A stretch of DNA of 64,000 nt from Candidatus Saccharimonadales bacterium (GCA_041737385.1 JBGSRU010000007.1:5552-69551), one strand, 5' to 3'. Positions 23,685-32,275 are shown, numbered from the stretch's first letter. Notes: generated by a model not told the origin, from the letters alone. Numbers and translations are program-made.

Positions 23685-24620
23685 ATGAGTGAAACAATTG
23701 AATTTGGTGTTGAGCTAGGCCTGACGCCTATTAAATCGACAATGAGAATGCAGCCTGATGCGCTGGTTTTCGATGATAACGGAATGTTTGGTGATAGAGA
23801 ATTAATGTTCGTCGAGGCTGAGGGCAAACATGTTGGTCAGTTTATCTCGCTGAGAGCTGATGGAGTTATGGCGCTTGTAGAATCTGTCATTACTGATGAT
23901 AGAGCGCTTCTCGACCATCCTGATGCTGGTTTAGAAATAGTTCCTAGACTGATAGAAACTGACGAAAATAGAATAGATGTTTCAGTACACAAATGGCACG
24001 GTGTGGGAGTTGACCAAGGGAATCAAGCAGCTGAATGGGGTAGAGCGGTTTTTGGTAGAGCTGTAAGACTTGTACGAGTGAGCGAAGAAAAACCCCGTTT
24101 TGTAGAGGACAACCAAAGACTTGGAAGAGTTGGGTTTTCAGACGGCTATCCACTGCTTGTCGTTAGTTAGGGTTCGGTCAATGCAATCAGTGATTTTATA
24201 GTTGAACAAGGCGCTGACCCTATAGAAGCGAGAAACTTTGGACCAAATATTCTTCTCGACAGCGATACACCGTTTATCGAAGACTATATAAAGTCAATTA
24301 CATTTGAATCAGAGGGTTTGCTGTGGGAGCTAATTAGAAGAAAAGCTTGCGGACGATGTGTCATGCCAAGTAGGCGCCCAGAAGACGGTGAGATGAGAAA
24401 AGGTATTACAGTTCTAGGAGCGTTGGCCGAGATGGGACGTAAGGGAACTCACGTTAATATTACTGACTTTGGAATTAGGCCTGAGCGATTTTTCGGTCAG
24501 AACTTCATAGTTAGACCACCGCAAGATTTACCTCCTAGACGAACTGGCATATTGCATGCTTCAACTCAGGTAACTGCACACATAAACGACAGCACAAACT
24601 GGGAGCCTGTTGCTGCCTAG
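23685..24620 (+). pseudogene. MOSC-domain protein interrupted by a single in-frame TAG (24168-24170)
   Basis: ORFs 23685-24170 and 24318-24620 are in the same frame. Translation between them continues as GSVNAISDF...RNFGPNILLD...CGRCVMP, a MOSC-like sequence with the conserved Cys. Confidence 0.6.
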
Positions 24621-24760
24621 AAACTGTCGACGAAGTTTTCGCTGTATTGGTTTCTGGTCCAGATGATAAAACCGATAGCGAAGATAAGTAGCAGTAGCAG
24701 GATAATTGTTCTTTGTCGTTCGCTCACCCGCCAGCTCAACAGGTTTCTCAGGTGTTTCAT
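24617..24760 (-). CDS. Candidate 47-aa single-TM protein translationally coupled to the sortase
   Basis: MKHLRNLLSWRVSERQRTIILLLLLIFAIGFIIWTRNQYSENFVDSF. Its ATG overlaps the sortase TGA (ATGA). Confidence 0.45.
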   Translation of the reverse strand: MKHLRNLLSWRVSERQRTIILLLLLIFAIGFIIWTRNQYSENFVDSF

Positions 24761-25368
24761 ATAATTTCTCCGCGTTCGTTCACCGGTTTTGCTATCAGGA
24801 CGAGTCGGTTTTTAGCGGTCCAAATCGGGTCACAGGTGTAGATAGTAAGTTGCTTTTCCGTTGTTGGTGCCTCTATATCGACGGCTGATGCATCGACTAC
24901 TTTAACTTCGACTACTTCATACACTATCTCTTCACCCTCCCAGTATATTGCGAGTTTTTTGCCTTTTAGTACTTTGTCTAGGTGATAAAACGTCGAGACA
25001 TTATTACCAAAATAACGGTGTCCGACAACCACTGAGTTGCCGTTTTCATTTGGAGCAGCTGTTTGTGGTCGTCGCCATGTGCCGCCGTCATTTATAACGC
25101 CGATTGAGCTACCTTCTTCGATTGGTTCATTTACTTGTATCGATGGTATGACAATTCGGTTATCGTTGGGTTTTTCAGTTGCAGTGCTAGAACCCTCAGA
25201 GTCAGCCAAGCTGCCGACATATGGCGCCGAAGCTTCAGCCGATTTATCGCGGAAGATAAAGCTAAGCTGTGGCAAAAACGGCGACAGGGCAATATACAGC
25301 CCAAGTGCAATCACGACTACAGAGAGGAAATTATTAAAACGTCTCAAATTCATGTACACAAGTATCAA
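24757..25368 (-). CDS. Sortase (transpeptidase)
   Basis: N-terminal TM anchor. VVGHRYF catalytic His, LTIYTCDP (TLxTC-type Cys), and a downstream R. Confidence 0.85.
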   Translation of the reverse strand: MILVYMNLRRFNNFLSVVVIALGLYIALSPFLPQLSFIFRDKSAEASAPYVGSLADSEGSSTATEKPNDNRIVIPSIQVNEPIEEGSSIGVINDGGTWRRPQTAAPNENGNSVVVGHRYFGNNVSTFYHLDKVLKGKKLAIYWEGEEIVYEVVEVKVVDASAVDIEAPTTEKQLTIYTCDPIWTAKNRLVLIAKPVNERGEII

Positions 25369-25392
25369 GTATCATAGTGAAGATATCAATAG

Positions 25393-26610
25393 TTAAGCAT
25401 CAGTTCGCAGTGAAGTAATCGGATCCTTACTTGCCGCTTTAGCTGCGGGTAGTAATCCAGAGACGATACCAGTTGCTATCGATAGTCCCCCAACAAGCAA
25501 AACGACATTTAGTGTGGTGACTGGCTGTAAGTCGGTCGTTAGTCGTATGACAGCATTTGCCAAGAACGCTATCGCGATACCGATGACACCGCCGACGACG
25601 CTCAAGACGACAGACTCCATGATAAATTGACCAAGTATTTGGGAGTAAGTTGCGCCAATTGCTTTTCTGATACCGATTTCTCTTGTGCGCTCACTAACGG
25701 TTGCGAACATGATATTCATAATGCCAATACCACCAACAATGAACGAGATGAATGCGACACCAGCAATGAACAGGGTTATTTGGTAGAAGACTTCATTGGT
25801 TGCTTCTAGGGCTTCTTCTTTTTCGAGTATGGTGAAATCTTCTTGACCAGCATGGTTTGCTTTGAGGGTTTCACGGACGCTTTTTGAAACAGTTGATACG
25901 TCTTCTGGAGAAGCTGCCTCAACATAAATCTGCATGAGCTGAATCGATCCACCGACACCGCGTGCTGCCTCGAACGGCAAGAACACAGAGTTATTAACGT
26001 TTAAAGCAGCAAAAGAACCAGATTTTTGTTGTTCGAAAATACCTTGGACGATGAAGCTTTTACCTCTAATTGTGAGTGATTTACCGACAGGAACGTTTTC
26101 TTTGAATAGTTTTTCAGCGACGTCTTTCCCGATAACTGCAATGTTTCGTGCATAATCTTTTTCAGTGAAAAACTCTCCAAATTCGACTTTTTGGTTAAGT
26201 AGCTCAGGTAATCTCTCGGTTGTTGCGACGATATTACCTCCGGCGTATTCGTCGGTTTCATAGCTCACTATCCCGCTCAATATACCGACGGGCACGGCTG
26301 AACTAACTCCTTCGACTTTCTCAGTATCACGCCAATCTTTCTCACTAAGTGAGCCGGTACTGCTAACAAACGAACGAAGTGCGTCAAGGCTAAAAGCTCT
26401 GGCTTCTGTTTGTTTGCCCGGTCGTACAACAATTAAAGCGTCTGAAACAGTATCAACTTGCGAGGAGACTTGTTGTTTAACTCCTTCACCAAGTCCAACA
26501 ATCGTGACCACAGAACTAACGCCGATGATAATCCCAAACATAGTTAGCGCGCTTCTGAACTTCGCACCTCGAATTGAGGTAAGTGCCATTTTGAAATATT
26601 CGTTAATCAT
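25393..26610 (-). CDS. ABC transporter permease, MacB/FtsX family
   Basis: 405 aa. N-terminal TM, large periplasmic-type domain, C-terminal FtsX 3-TM module (REIGIRKAIGA). Confidence 0.9.
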   Translation of the reverse strand: MINEYFKMALTSIRGAKFRSALTMFGIIIGVSSVVTIVGLGEGVKQQVSSQVDTVSDALIVVRPGKQTEARAFSLDALRSFVSSTGSLSEKDWRDTEKVEGVSSAVPVGILSGIVSYETDEYAGGNIVATTERLPELLNQKVEFGEFFTEKDYARNIAVIGKDVAEKLFKENVPVGKSLTIRGKSFIVQGIFEQQKSGSFAALNVNNSVFLPFEAARGVGGSIQLMQIYVEAASPEDVSTVSKSVRETLKANHAGQEDFTILEKEEALEATNEVFYQITLFIAGVAFISFIVGGIGIMNIMFATVSERTREIGIRKAIGATYSQILGQFIMESVVLSVVGGVIGIAIAFLANAVIRLTTDLQPVTTLNVVLLVGGLSIATGIVSGLLPAAKAASKDPITSLRTDA

Positions 26611-26615
26611 GGCGG

Positions 26616-27470
26616 TTATTTTTTACCTTTCTTTTTTTTGCTTTTGCGGCGCTTTTTTTTGCTTTTCTCTGGAGAAGCTGAATCTGGCATAGTCTCAATC
26701 ATGGCGCTGACGTTGGCGAGTTTTTCGTCGTCGTCAGATTTGCGTAGCGCACTGATAGCCTTCTGAACTCGACTTGGAACTTCCCCGACAGCGCTGGCTT
26801 CATCGTAGACGATACTACCGTCAAGCATATAAATAATTCGGTCTGCATAGCGAGTCAAGGAAGGGTTGTGAGTAACCATAATAACGGTATTACCAAGTTT
26901 ATGGACTTCGCTCAATAGCTCCATAACAACGCGGGCACTAACACTGTCTAGGTTGCCTGTTGGTTCGTCCGCGATGATAATACTCGGTCCGTTGACGAGT
27001 GCACGGGCTATAGCCGCACGTTGCAATTGACCACCAGATAGCTGTGTAGGGTAGTAATATTCGCGGTCTCTTAAGCCTACTTGCTCTAGCGCCTGCCCAG
27101 CTGCTTTGAGCCGGCGAGTTTGTGATACTCTTTTATAAAACAGGGGTAGAGCAACGTTTTCTAAGACCGTAAGTCGCGGAAGAAGGTTGAAAGATTGGAA
27201 AATAAACCCAATATTGTCTCGACGAGTTTTAGCTTGTCTTATTTTAGTGAGACGAGCAACGTTTCTGTCGTTTAATTTATAGATGCCGTGAGTTGGTCGA
27301 TCAAGAAGACCGAGTATATTCATGAGTGTTGTTTTACCAGAACCACTTGGGCCCATGACCGCAATAAACTCGCCTCGCTTCACTTCTAAACTGACTTCGT
27401 CGAGTGCGACAGTTGTCGCGTCTCCGAAACCATATACTTTGGACAATTCTTCAATTTTTATGAGTGACAT
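26616..27470 (-). CDS. ABC transporter ATP-binding protein (MacB/LolD-like) with a Lys-rich C-terminal tail
   Basis: Walker A GPSGSGKTT, signature LSGGQLQR, Walker B IIIADEPT. Tail KSKKKRRKSKKKKGKK. Confidence 0.92.
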   Translation of the reverse strand: MSLIKIEELSKVYGFGDATTVALDEVSLEVKRGEFIAVMGPSGSGKTTLMNILGLLDRPTHGIYKLNDRNVARLTKIRQAKTRRDNIGFIFQSFNLLPRLTVLENVALPLFYKRVSQTRRLKAAGQALEQVGLRDREYYYPTQLSGGQLQRAAIARALVNGPSIIIADEPTGNLDSVSARVVMELLSEVHKLGNTVIMVTHNPSLTRYADRIIYMLDGSIVYDEASAVGEVPSRVQKAISALRKSDDDEKLANVSAMIETMPDSASPEKSKKKRRKSKKKKGKK

Positions 27471-27585
27471 TAGTCTCTATTCTAATCTGTTAGAAGGGGT
27501 AACACAAGCATAAGAACGAAACTTATCTAAAGTTTAAGTCCAAAAGTGTAATAGTATATACATTTTGCTAGAATGACTATAGTAT

Positions 27586-27675
27586 GGAGAGGTGTCCGAG
27601 TGGCTTAAGGAGCACGCTTGGAAAGCGTGTAGGTCAGCAATGGTCTCGCAGGTTCGAATCCTGTTCTCTCCGCCA
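27586..27675 (+). tRNA. tRNA-Ser (anticodon GGA), CCA encoded
   Basis: GGAGAGG acceptor, anticodon stem CACGC/GCGTG with loop TTGGAAA, long variable arm, T-arm GCAGG-TTCGAAT-CCTGT. Confidence 0.9.
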
Positions 27676-27814
27676 GGAGAAGAACGGCCAGCATAAGCTG
27701 GTCTTTTTCTTTTAAGAAACAAAGGATTCGATCCGAAAAGGTTCGCTAAATAGTCTTATCACCCTGAAAGGGCTGATAGATTATTTAGGTCTCCTCATCC
27801 TGTTCTCTCCGCCA
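27676..27814 (+). repeat. tRNA-Ser(GGA) 3'-end cassette
   Basis: ATCCTGTTCTCTCCGCCA (27658-27675) repeats perfectly at 27797-27814. Terminator GGCCAGC-ATAA-GCTGGTC plus T-run. Inverted decayed copy at 27714-27734. Direct GGTTCG at 27740-27745 followed by a hairpin insert at 27752-27783. Confidence 0.85.
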
Positions 27815-27818
27815 AGTA

Positions 27819-27847
27819 TTGACTTTTATAATCATAAGTAGTATAAT
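27819..27847 (+). promoter_or_regulatory. Sigma-70 promoter giving a leaderless or near-leaderless mRNA for ORF 27857
   Basis: TTGACT-17 nt-TATAAT. The ATG lies 9 nt after the -10 element. Confidence 0.6.
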
Positions 27848-27856
27848 ATATTAATT

Positions 27857-28423
27857 ATGCTCAAATACACTCTACCGGATGTGCATATAGCGCAATCTTA
27901 TGATGAAATGATAGCTTTTAATGGTATTTCAACTTTTACAAGCCCCGAAATCGCAGAAGAGTTAATCGCTCAAGGTGATGGTCGTTACGACAGAGTAAAC
28001 TACGTTCTGCAAAATAGAGGTAGGTTCTTTACTGGTTTACCGGGTAAGAACGCTCGTACATTTGGGACAAGAGATATCGGCTTAAGTGAAGCTTCTCAAC
28101 TACATATCGATCCTGAGGGTAGAGGAGTAGCTCTTTGTGCAATGGGTGAGATGGCCGCAAAGCTTACTCAGCTTGATCTATCAGATGAACCGATAGAGCA
28201 TATTCCTTTTGATATTATGAATATCAACCAAGTTAGGTACGTACAATTAAAAGCAAGAATTGTTGATAATCCACCTTCTGACAGTGATGTATTATCTTTA
28301 ACCGCTCCAGTCGGAACATATATTGCGTTCAACGGTGGTCTTAAATGTGATCCAGCAAAGTTGAACCCTCATGGATTTTCAAGTTCAATATCTCCTAGAG
28401 CTAGTGTTTCTAGCTATCTTTAA
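27857..28423 (+). CDS. Orphan hypothetical protein (188 aa)
   Basis: ORF only. Lies between two tRNA-Ser genes. Confidence 0.45.
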   Translation: MLKYTLPDVHIAQSYDEMIAFNGISTFTSPEIAEELIAQGDGRYDRVNYVLQNRGRFFTGLPGKNARTFGTRDIGLSEASQLHIDPEGRGVALCAMGEMAAKLTQLDLSDEPIEHIPFDIMNINQVRYVQLKARIVDNPPSDSDVLSLTAPVGTYIAFNGGLKCDPAKLNPHGFSSSISPRASVSSYL

Positions 28424-28854
28424 TTTGTGGAGTTTAACAACAGTTTAATTTTATGTTCTTCTTTCGGGGTTACTGATCTACGACCGTCAAAACATTTCAT
28501 AAAAAGATATTCATCACCTTTATCATTTAGCGTATATAGCCAATCATATGCATACTTTTTCGTTTTTTTAATAACATATCCTTGAGAATTAGAATGAATT
28601 CTTCTAAGTTCAACTAACTTGCCTGAAAAGAATCTCACTTGAACTTTTTTTAATTTTCCTTCGTAATCAACCACAATATCGTAGGCTGCTGATTCTGTTA
28701 TTGGTAAAGAAACATCATACCCAGCTTTAGTAAAAGTGGCTATTGCTTGTGTGACTGCATAATCACCTTTGTGCTGAGTAGTTCTCATACACTCATAGTA
28801 CGGTATAGCATACCGTTCTTGCAAATATAATCTGTTATTGTTATAATTTGGCAA
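28420..28854 (-). CDS. PD-(D/E)xK-type nuclease-like protein (start possibly at 28788)
   Basis: GDYAVTQAIATFTKAGYDVSLPITESAAYDIVVDYEGKLKKVQVR fits the E...D...(E/Q)xK pattern of small stand-alone or intron-associated PD-(D/E)xK endonucleases. Confidence 0.5.
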   Translation of the reverse strand: MPNYNNNRLYLQERYAIPYYECMRTTQHKGDYAVTQAIATFTKAGYDVSLPITESAAYDIVVDYEGKLKKVQVRFFSGKLVELRRIHSNSQGYVIKKTKKYAYDWLYTLNDKGDEYLFMKCFDGRRSVTPKEEHKIKLLLNSTN

Positions 28855-28859
28855 GTTCT

Positions 28860-28949
28860 GGAGAGGTGTCCGAGTGGTTTAAGGAAATAGTCTTGAAAAC
28901 TATCGAGCCCGCAAGGGTTCCGAGGGTTCGAATCCCTCCCTCTCCGCCA
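28860..28949 (+). tRNA. tRNA-Ser (anticodon UGA), CCA encoded
   Basis: GGAGAGG acceptor, anticodon stem ATAGT/ACTAT with loop CTTGAAA, long variable arm, T-arm GAGGG-TTCGAAT-CCCTC. Confidence 0.9.
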
Positions 28950-29240
28950 ATAAAATAACCCCCACATGCAAAACATGTGAGGGTTTATTTTTTGGGAGAG
29001 CACAGAGACAACTTCTTGTCTCTGTGGGGATTCGAACAGCTTAAGCCTTGTTCCGCCCAATGTGCGGAACGGCGCGCCGAGCTCACGAGCATATTGCAGA
29101 GCAATATGACTTGGGAGGTGGAAATCCCTCCCTCTCTGCCAGAGAGAATCGCCTGGGTCTTTTTACGCAGGCGTTTTTCTTTTGCTAAAGAAAAAGGATT
29201 CGAATCACAGGTTCATGAGGTAAAGCATCCCTCCCTCTCC
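28950..29240 (+). repeat. Two stacked tRNA-Ser(UGA) 3'-end cassettes
   Basis: AATCCCTCCCTCTCCGCCA (28931-28949) recurs at 29123-29141 (18/19), and as ATCCCTCCCTCTCC at 29227-29240. Inverted decayed copies at 28993-29036 and 29183-29206. Terminator hairpins after each CCA. Confidence 0.8.
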
Positions 29241-29274
29241 TTGAATATAAAATAACTACTGTACAATAGCGTTT

Positions 29275-29589
29275 ATGGTAATGCACAAAAAACACCATCA
29301 CATATACACGAGAGCGCTAAAATCATTTGATCAAATGACGACATTCGAGAAAATAGTAACTACAGTCGGATCTATAGAGCCAATAACTTCAATTCCTCAG
29401 GTTACTCTTGTTTATTCTTTAAAGTCCGCAGAAGAACTATCTTTATTTAGCTGGGCTTTTGGAATTTTTGGGACTGTATTATGGCTCATATATGCAATAA
29501 AGAAAAAGAGCTGGCCACTGATAGTATCTAGCTTATTATGGTTGCTCATATATATTCCTATAGTTGTAGCTATAGTCCTCTACGGCTAA
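29275..29589 (+). CDS. PQ-loop / SemiSWEET-like 3-TM membrane protein
   Basis: About 100 aa with three hydrophobic helices and a PQ motif (SIPQVTLVY) in the first. Confidence 0.5.
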   Translation: MVMHKKHHHIYTRALKSFDQMTTFEKIVTTVGSIEPITSIPQVTLVYSLKSAEELSLFSWAFGIFGTVLWLIYAIKKKSWPLIVSSLLWLLIYIPIVVAIVLYG

Positions 29590-29655
29590 TCTATCTAATT
29601 TACTTTGAATCCACTAAGCACGTTGCGTATACTTGAAACATAAAGAGGAGATAGT

Positions 29656-30573
29656 ATGGGTTTTTTAGCTGTAGTTATAGTAGTTCTAGTTTTAGTAGCT
29701 CTCACGGGGTTATTTACAGTAACGCAGCAGACCTCTGCGATAATTGAGAGATTTGGTAAATTCAAGCGAATTGCGGGCGCAGGCTTGAACTTCAAGATTC
29801 CACTCATAGACAGAGTCGCTGGTCGGCTTTCACTCCGCGTACGACAACTCGATGTACGGGTTGAGACAAAGACGAAAGATAATGTGTTCGTGTTTGTGAT
29901 TGTTAGCGTGCAGTATTTTGTTATTCCAGAAAAAGTTATTGATGCGTTTTATAAATTGCAGAACGCAGAAGCGCAGATTACTAGTTATGTATATGATGTC
30001 GTTCGAGCGAGAGTGCCAAACGTTATATTGGATCAGGTGTTCGAGACGAAAGATGACATCGCTCAGGCGGTAAAAGTCGAGCTAGAGCAAATTATGGATG
30101 ATTTTGGGTATGGGATTCTGAAAGCATTGGTAACGGACATTGATCCAGATGCAAAAGTAAAAGAAAGTATGAATGAGATAAACGCCGCTCAAAGATTGCG
30201 TGTTGCCGCCGTTGAGCAAGCCGAAGCCGATAAAATCCGTGTTGTCAAAGCCGCAGAAGCTGAAGCAGAGAGTAAAGCACTGCAGGGTAAAGGTATCGCT
30301 GACCAGAGAACCGCTATCGTTAACGGACTAAAAGAAAGCGTCACAGAGTTCCAAAACGACGTCGACGGTACAAGTGCTCAGGATGTAATGAACCTAGTGC
30401 TCATGACACAGTATTTTGACACCCTAAAAGATGTGGGGCTCAGTTCAAACAGCAACACAATCATGATCCCGCACAGTCCATCTGGAATGAACGATATTTC
30501 TGAACAACTTCGTAACGCGATGATTACTGCCAACGAAGTCAGTAAAAAATCTGGCCACAGGCCAACGGCTTAA
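29656..30573 (+). CDS. SPFH/band-7 (stomatin/prohibitin-like) membrane protein
   Basis: N-terminal TM, SPFH core (IIERFGKF...LDVRVETKTKDNV), Ala/Glu-rich coiled coil. Confidence 0.88.
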   Translation: MGFLAVVIVVLVLVALTGLFTVTQQTSAIIERFGKFKRIAGAGLNFKIPLIDRVAGRLSLRVRQLDVRVETKTKDNVFVFVIVSVQYFVIPEKVIDAFYKLQNAEAQITSYVYDVVRARVPNVILDQVFETKDDIAQAVKVELEQIMDDFGYGILKALVTDIDPDAKVKESMNEINAAQRLRVAAVEQAEADKIRVVKAAEAEAESKALQGKGIADQRTAIVNGLKESVTEFQNDVDGTSAQDVMNLVLMTQYFDTLKDVGLSSNSNTIMIPHSPSGMNDISEQLRNAMITANEVSKKSGHRPTA

Positions 30574-30581
30574 ATCTAAGA

Positions 30582-31151
30582 ATGCAAAAAAGTAGATGTG
30601 AATGGGTGGGGGATGACCCTATCTATATTCAGTATCACGATACTGAGTGGGGAGTACCGGTTCACGACGATACAAAACAGTTTGAGTTTCTGACACTTGA
30701 GAGCGCACAAGCGGGACTGAGCTGGGTCACTATACTAAAACGTCGAGAAGGCTACAGGCGAATATTCAAAGATTTTAACCCTCACGCTGTTGCAGAAATG
30801 ACCGAGTCAGAAATTCAGGTTGCCCTTCAAGATACTGGCATCATTCGAAACAAGTTAAAAGTGCGAGCAGCCGTAAAAAATGCACAGGTATTTCTAGAGT
30901 TACAGGCTGAGTTTGGTAGTTTTAGTAAGTATATCTGGGGGTTTGTGGACGGCAAGACGGTGCAGAACAGCTTGAAAGAGCTAAACGCTGTACCAGCAAC
31001 ATCGGTCGAGTCAGATAGCTTAAGCAAAGATCTCAAAAAACGAGGTATGAGCTTTGTTGGATCGACAATTATATATGCACACATGCAAGCAACTGGCTTA
31101 GTGAATGACCACACAACTGATTGCTTCAGGTACAATATAAGTTATGAATGA
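30582..31151 (+). CDS. tag: DNA-3-methyladenine glycosylase I
   Basis: CEW...YHDTEWGVPVHDD...FEFLTLE signature. 189 aa. Confidence 0.9.
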   Translation: MQKSRCEWVGDDPIYIQYHDTEWGVPVHDDTKQFEFLTLESAQAGLSWVTILKRREGYRRIFKDFNPHAVAEMTESEIQVALQDTGIIRNKLKVRAAVKNAQVFLELQAEFGSFSKYIWGFVDGKTVQNSLKELNAVPATSVESDSLSKDLKKRGMSFVGSTIIYAHMQATGLVNDHTTDCFRYNISYE

Positions 31152-31785
31152 TAGATTTACGGTAATATTTGATTTCGATGGAACGCTGGGTGATACAATC
31201 GAGCTCGTATCGCGTATTTATAACGAAAATGCTCATTTATATGGTGCTTTACCAGTAAGTAAAGATGAGTTCCCGGAACTCCGAAAACTCGGCTATAAAA
31301 AGGCCATGAAAGCAAAAAAAATCCGTTGGTCTGTTCTCCCAAAACTTGTGCTATTTGTGAGCCGAGAAATGAAACAGCATATGGGAGAAGTGAAACCATA
31401 TCCGGGGGTAGTGTCGATGCTTAAAGAACTACAAGCATCCGGAATTTCTATCGGAGTATTGACGTCTAACGATGGAGCTTTGGTGCAAGACTTCTTGAAC
31501 AGTAACAATTTCCCTGTATTTGACTTTGTGGTGAGCGAGAAAACGATGTTCGGTAAAGAAAAAGCACTAAAGCGTATTATGAAGCGGCATAAACTAATCA
31601 AAGAAAAAGTCATCTATGTCGGTGATGAGTCGCGGGATGTCGTTGCCTGCAAAAAAGCCGGTATAAAAATAATCGGGGTGACATGGGGCGCTGGTGGCAA
31701 AGAGTCGTTTATTGCAACGCCGCCAGATAGACAAGTTGATACAGCTGGTGAGCTAAAAGCAGCCATCATTGAAGCAAGACAGTAG
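31144..31785 (+). CDS. HAD-superfamily hydrolase (phosphoglycolate-phosphatase/PpaX-like)
   Basis: FDFDGTLGDT, LTSN, VGDESRDV motifs. Confidence 0.8.
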   Translation: MNDRFTVIFDFDGTLGDTIELVSRIYNENAHLYGALPVSKDEFPELRKLGYKKAMKAKKIRWSVLPKLVLFVSREMKQHMGEVKPYPGVVSMLKELQASGISIGVLTSNDGALVQDFLNSNNFPVFDFVVSEKTMFGKEKALKRIMKRHKLIKEKVIYVGDESRDVVACKKAGIKIIGVTWGAGGKESFIATPPDRQVDTAGELKAAIIEARQ

Positions 31786-31791
31786 TAGCGG

Positions 31792-32241
31792 TTATGGGTG
31801 GTGGTAAGGATGGCCAGTATGGATGCTGTAAGCTCGGTATAGCTGTTCAGCGATAATAATACGAACAAGTTGGTGCGGATAGACAAGCTTTCCTAGAGAC
31901 CAGACGAGTTTTGCTTCTTTTCTGACAGTTTCATCCACTCCGTAAGCTCCACCAATAATAAAAGTGATATCGTGCCCTTTATCAAACACCTCATTTGCAA
32001 GTTGTGGTGAGCTTAGTTGCGTGCCATTCTCGTCGAGTAATATGACTCGACTCTTTGGTGCTATCGCTCTCAGGATTAACTCAGCTTCATGCTTTTTACT
32101 TAGAGCTGGTGTTCCTTGACCATGTTTTATATAGTGCCAATCTACGTGAACATGGGAAGGAAGCCGTTTTACAAAGTCGTTCATGAGTGACGAAGTTTCT
32201 TGTTTTGGTCGAGTACCAACTGACAGGATTCGTAGGTTCAT
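31792..32241 (-). CDS. rlmH: 23S rRNA (pseudouridine1915-N3)-methyltransferase (SPOUT)
   Basis: 149 aa. FIIGGAYG and the C-terminal PHQLVRIIIAEQLYRAYSI..GHPYHH signature. Confidence 0.88.
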   Translation of the reverse strand: MNLRILSVGTRPKQETSSLMNDFVKRLPSHVHVDWHYIKHGQGTPALSKKHEAELILRAIAPKSRVILLDENGTQLSSPQLANEVFDKGHDITFIIGGAYGVDETVRKEAKLVWSLGKLVYPHQLVRIIIAEQLYRAYSIHTGHPYHHP

Positions 32242-32275
32242 CAGTATATTATAACAGATACAGATGTTGTAGAAA

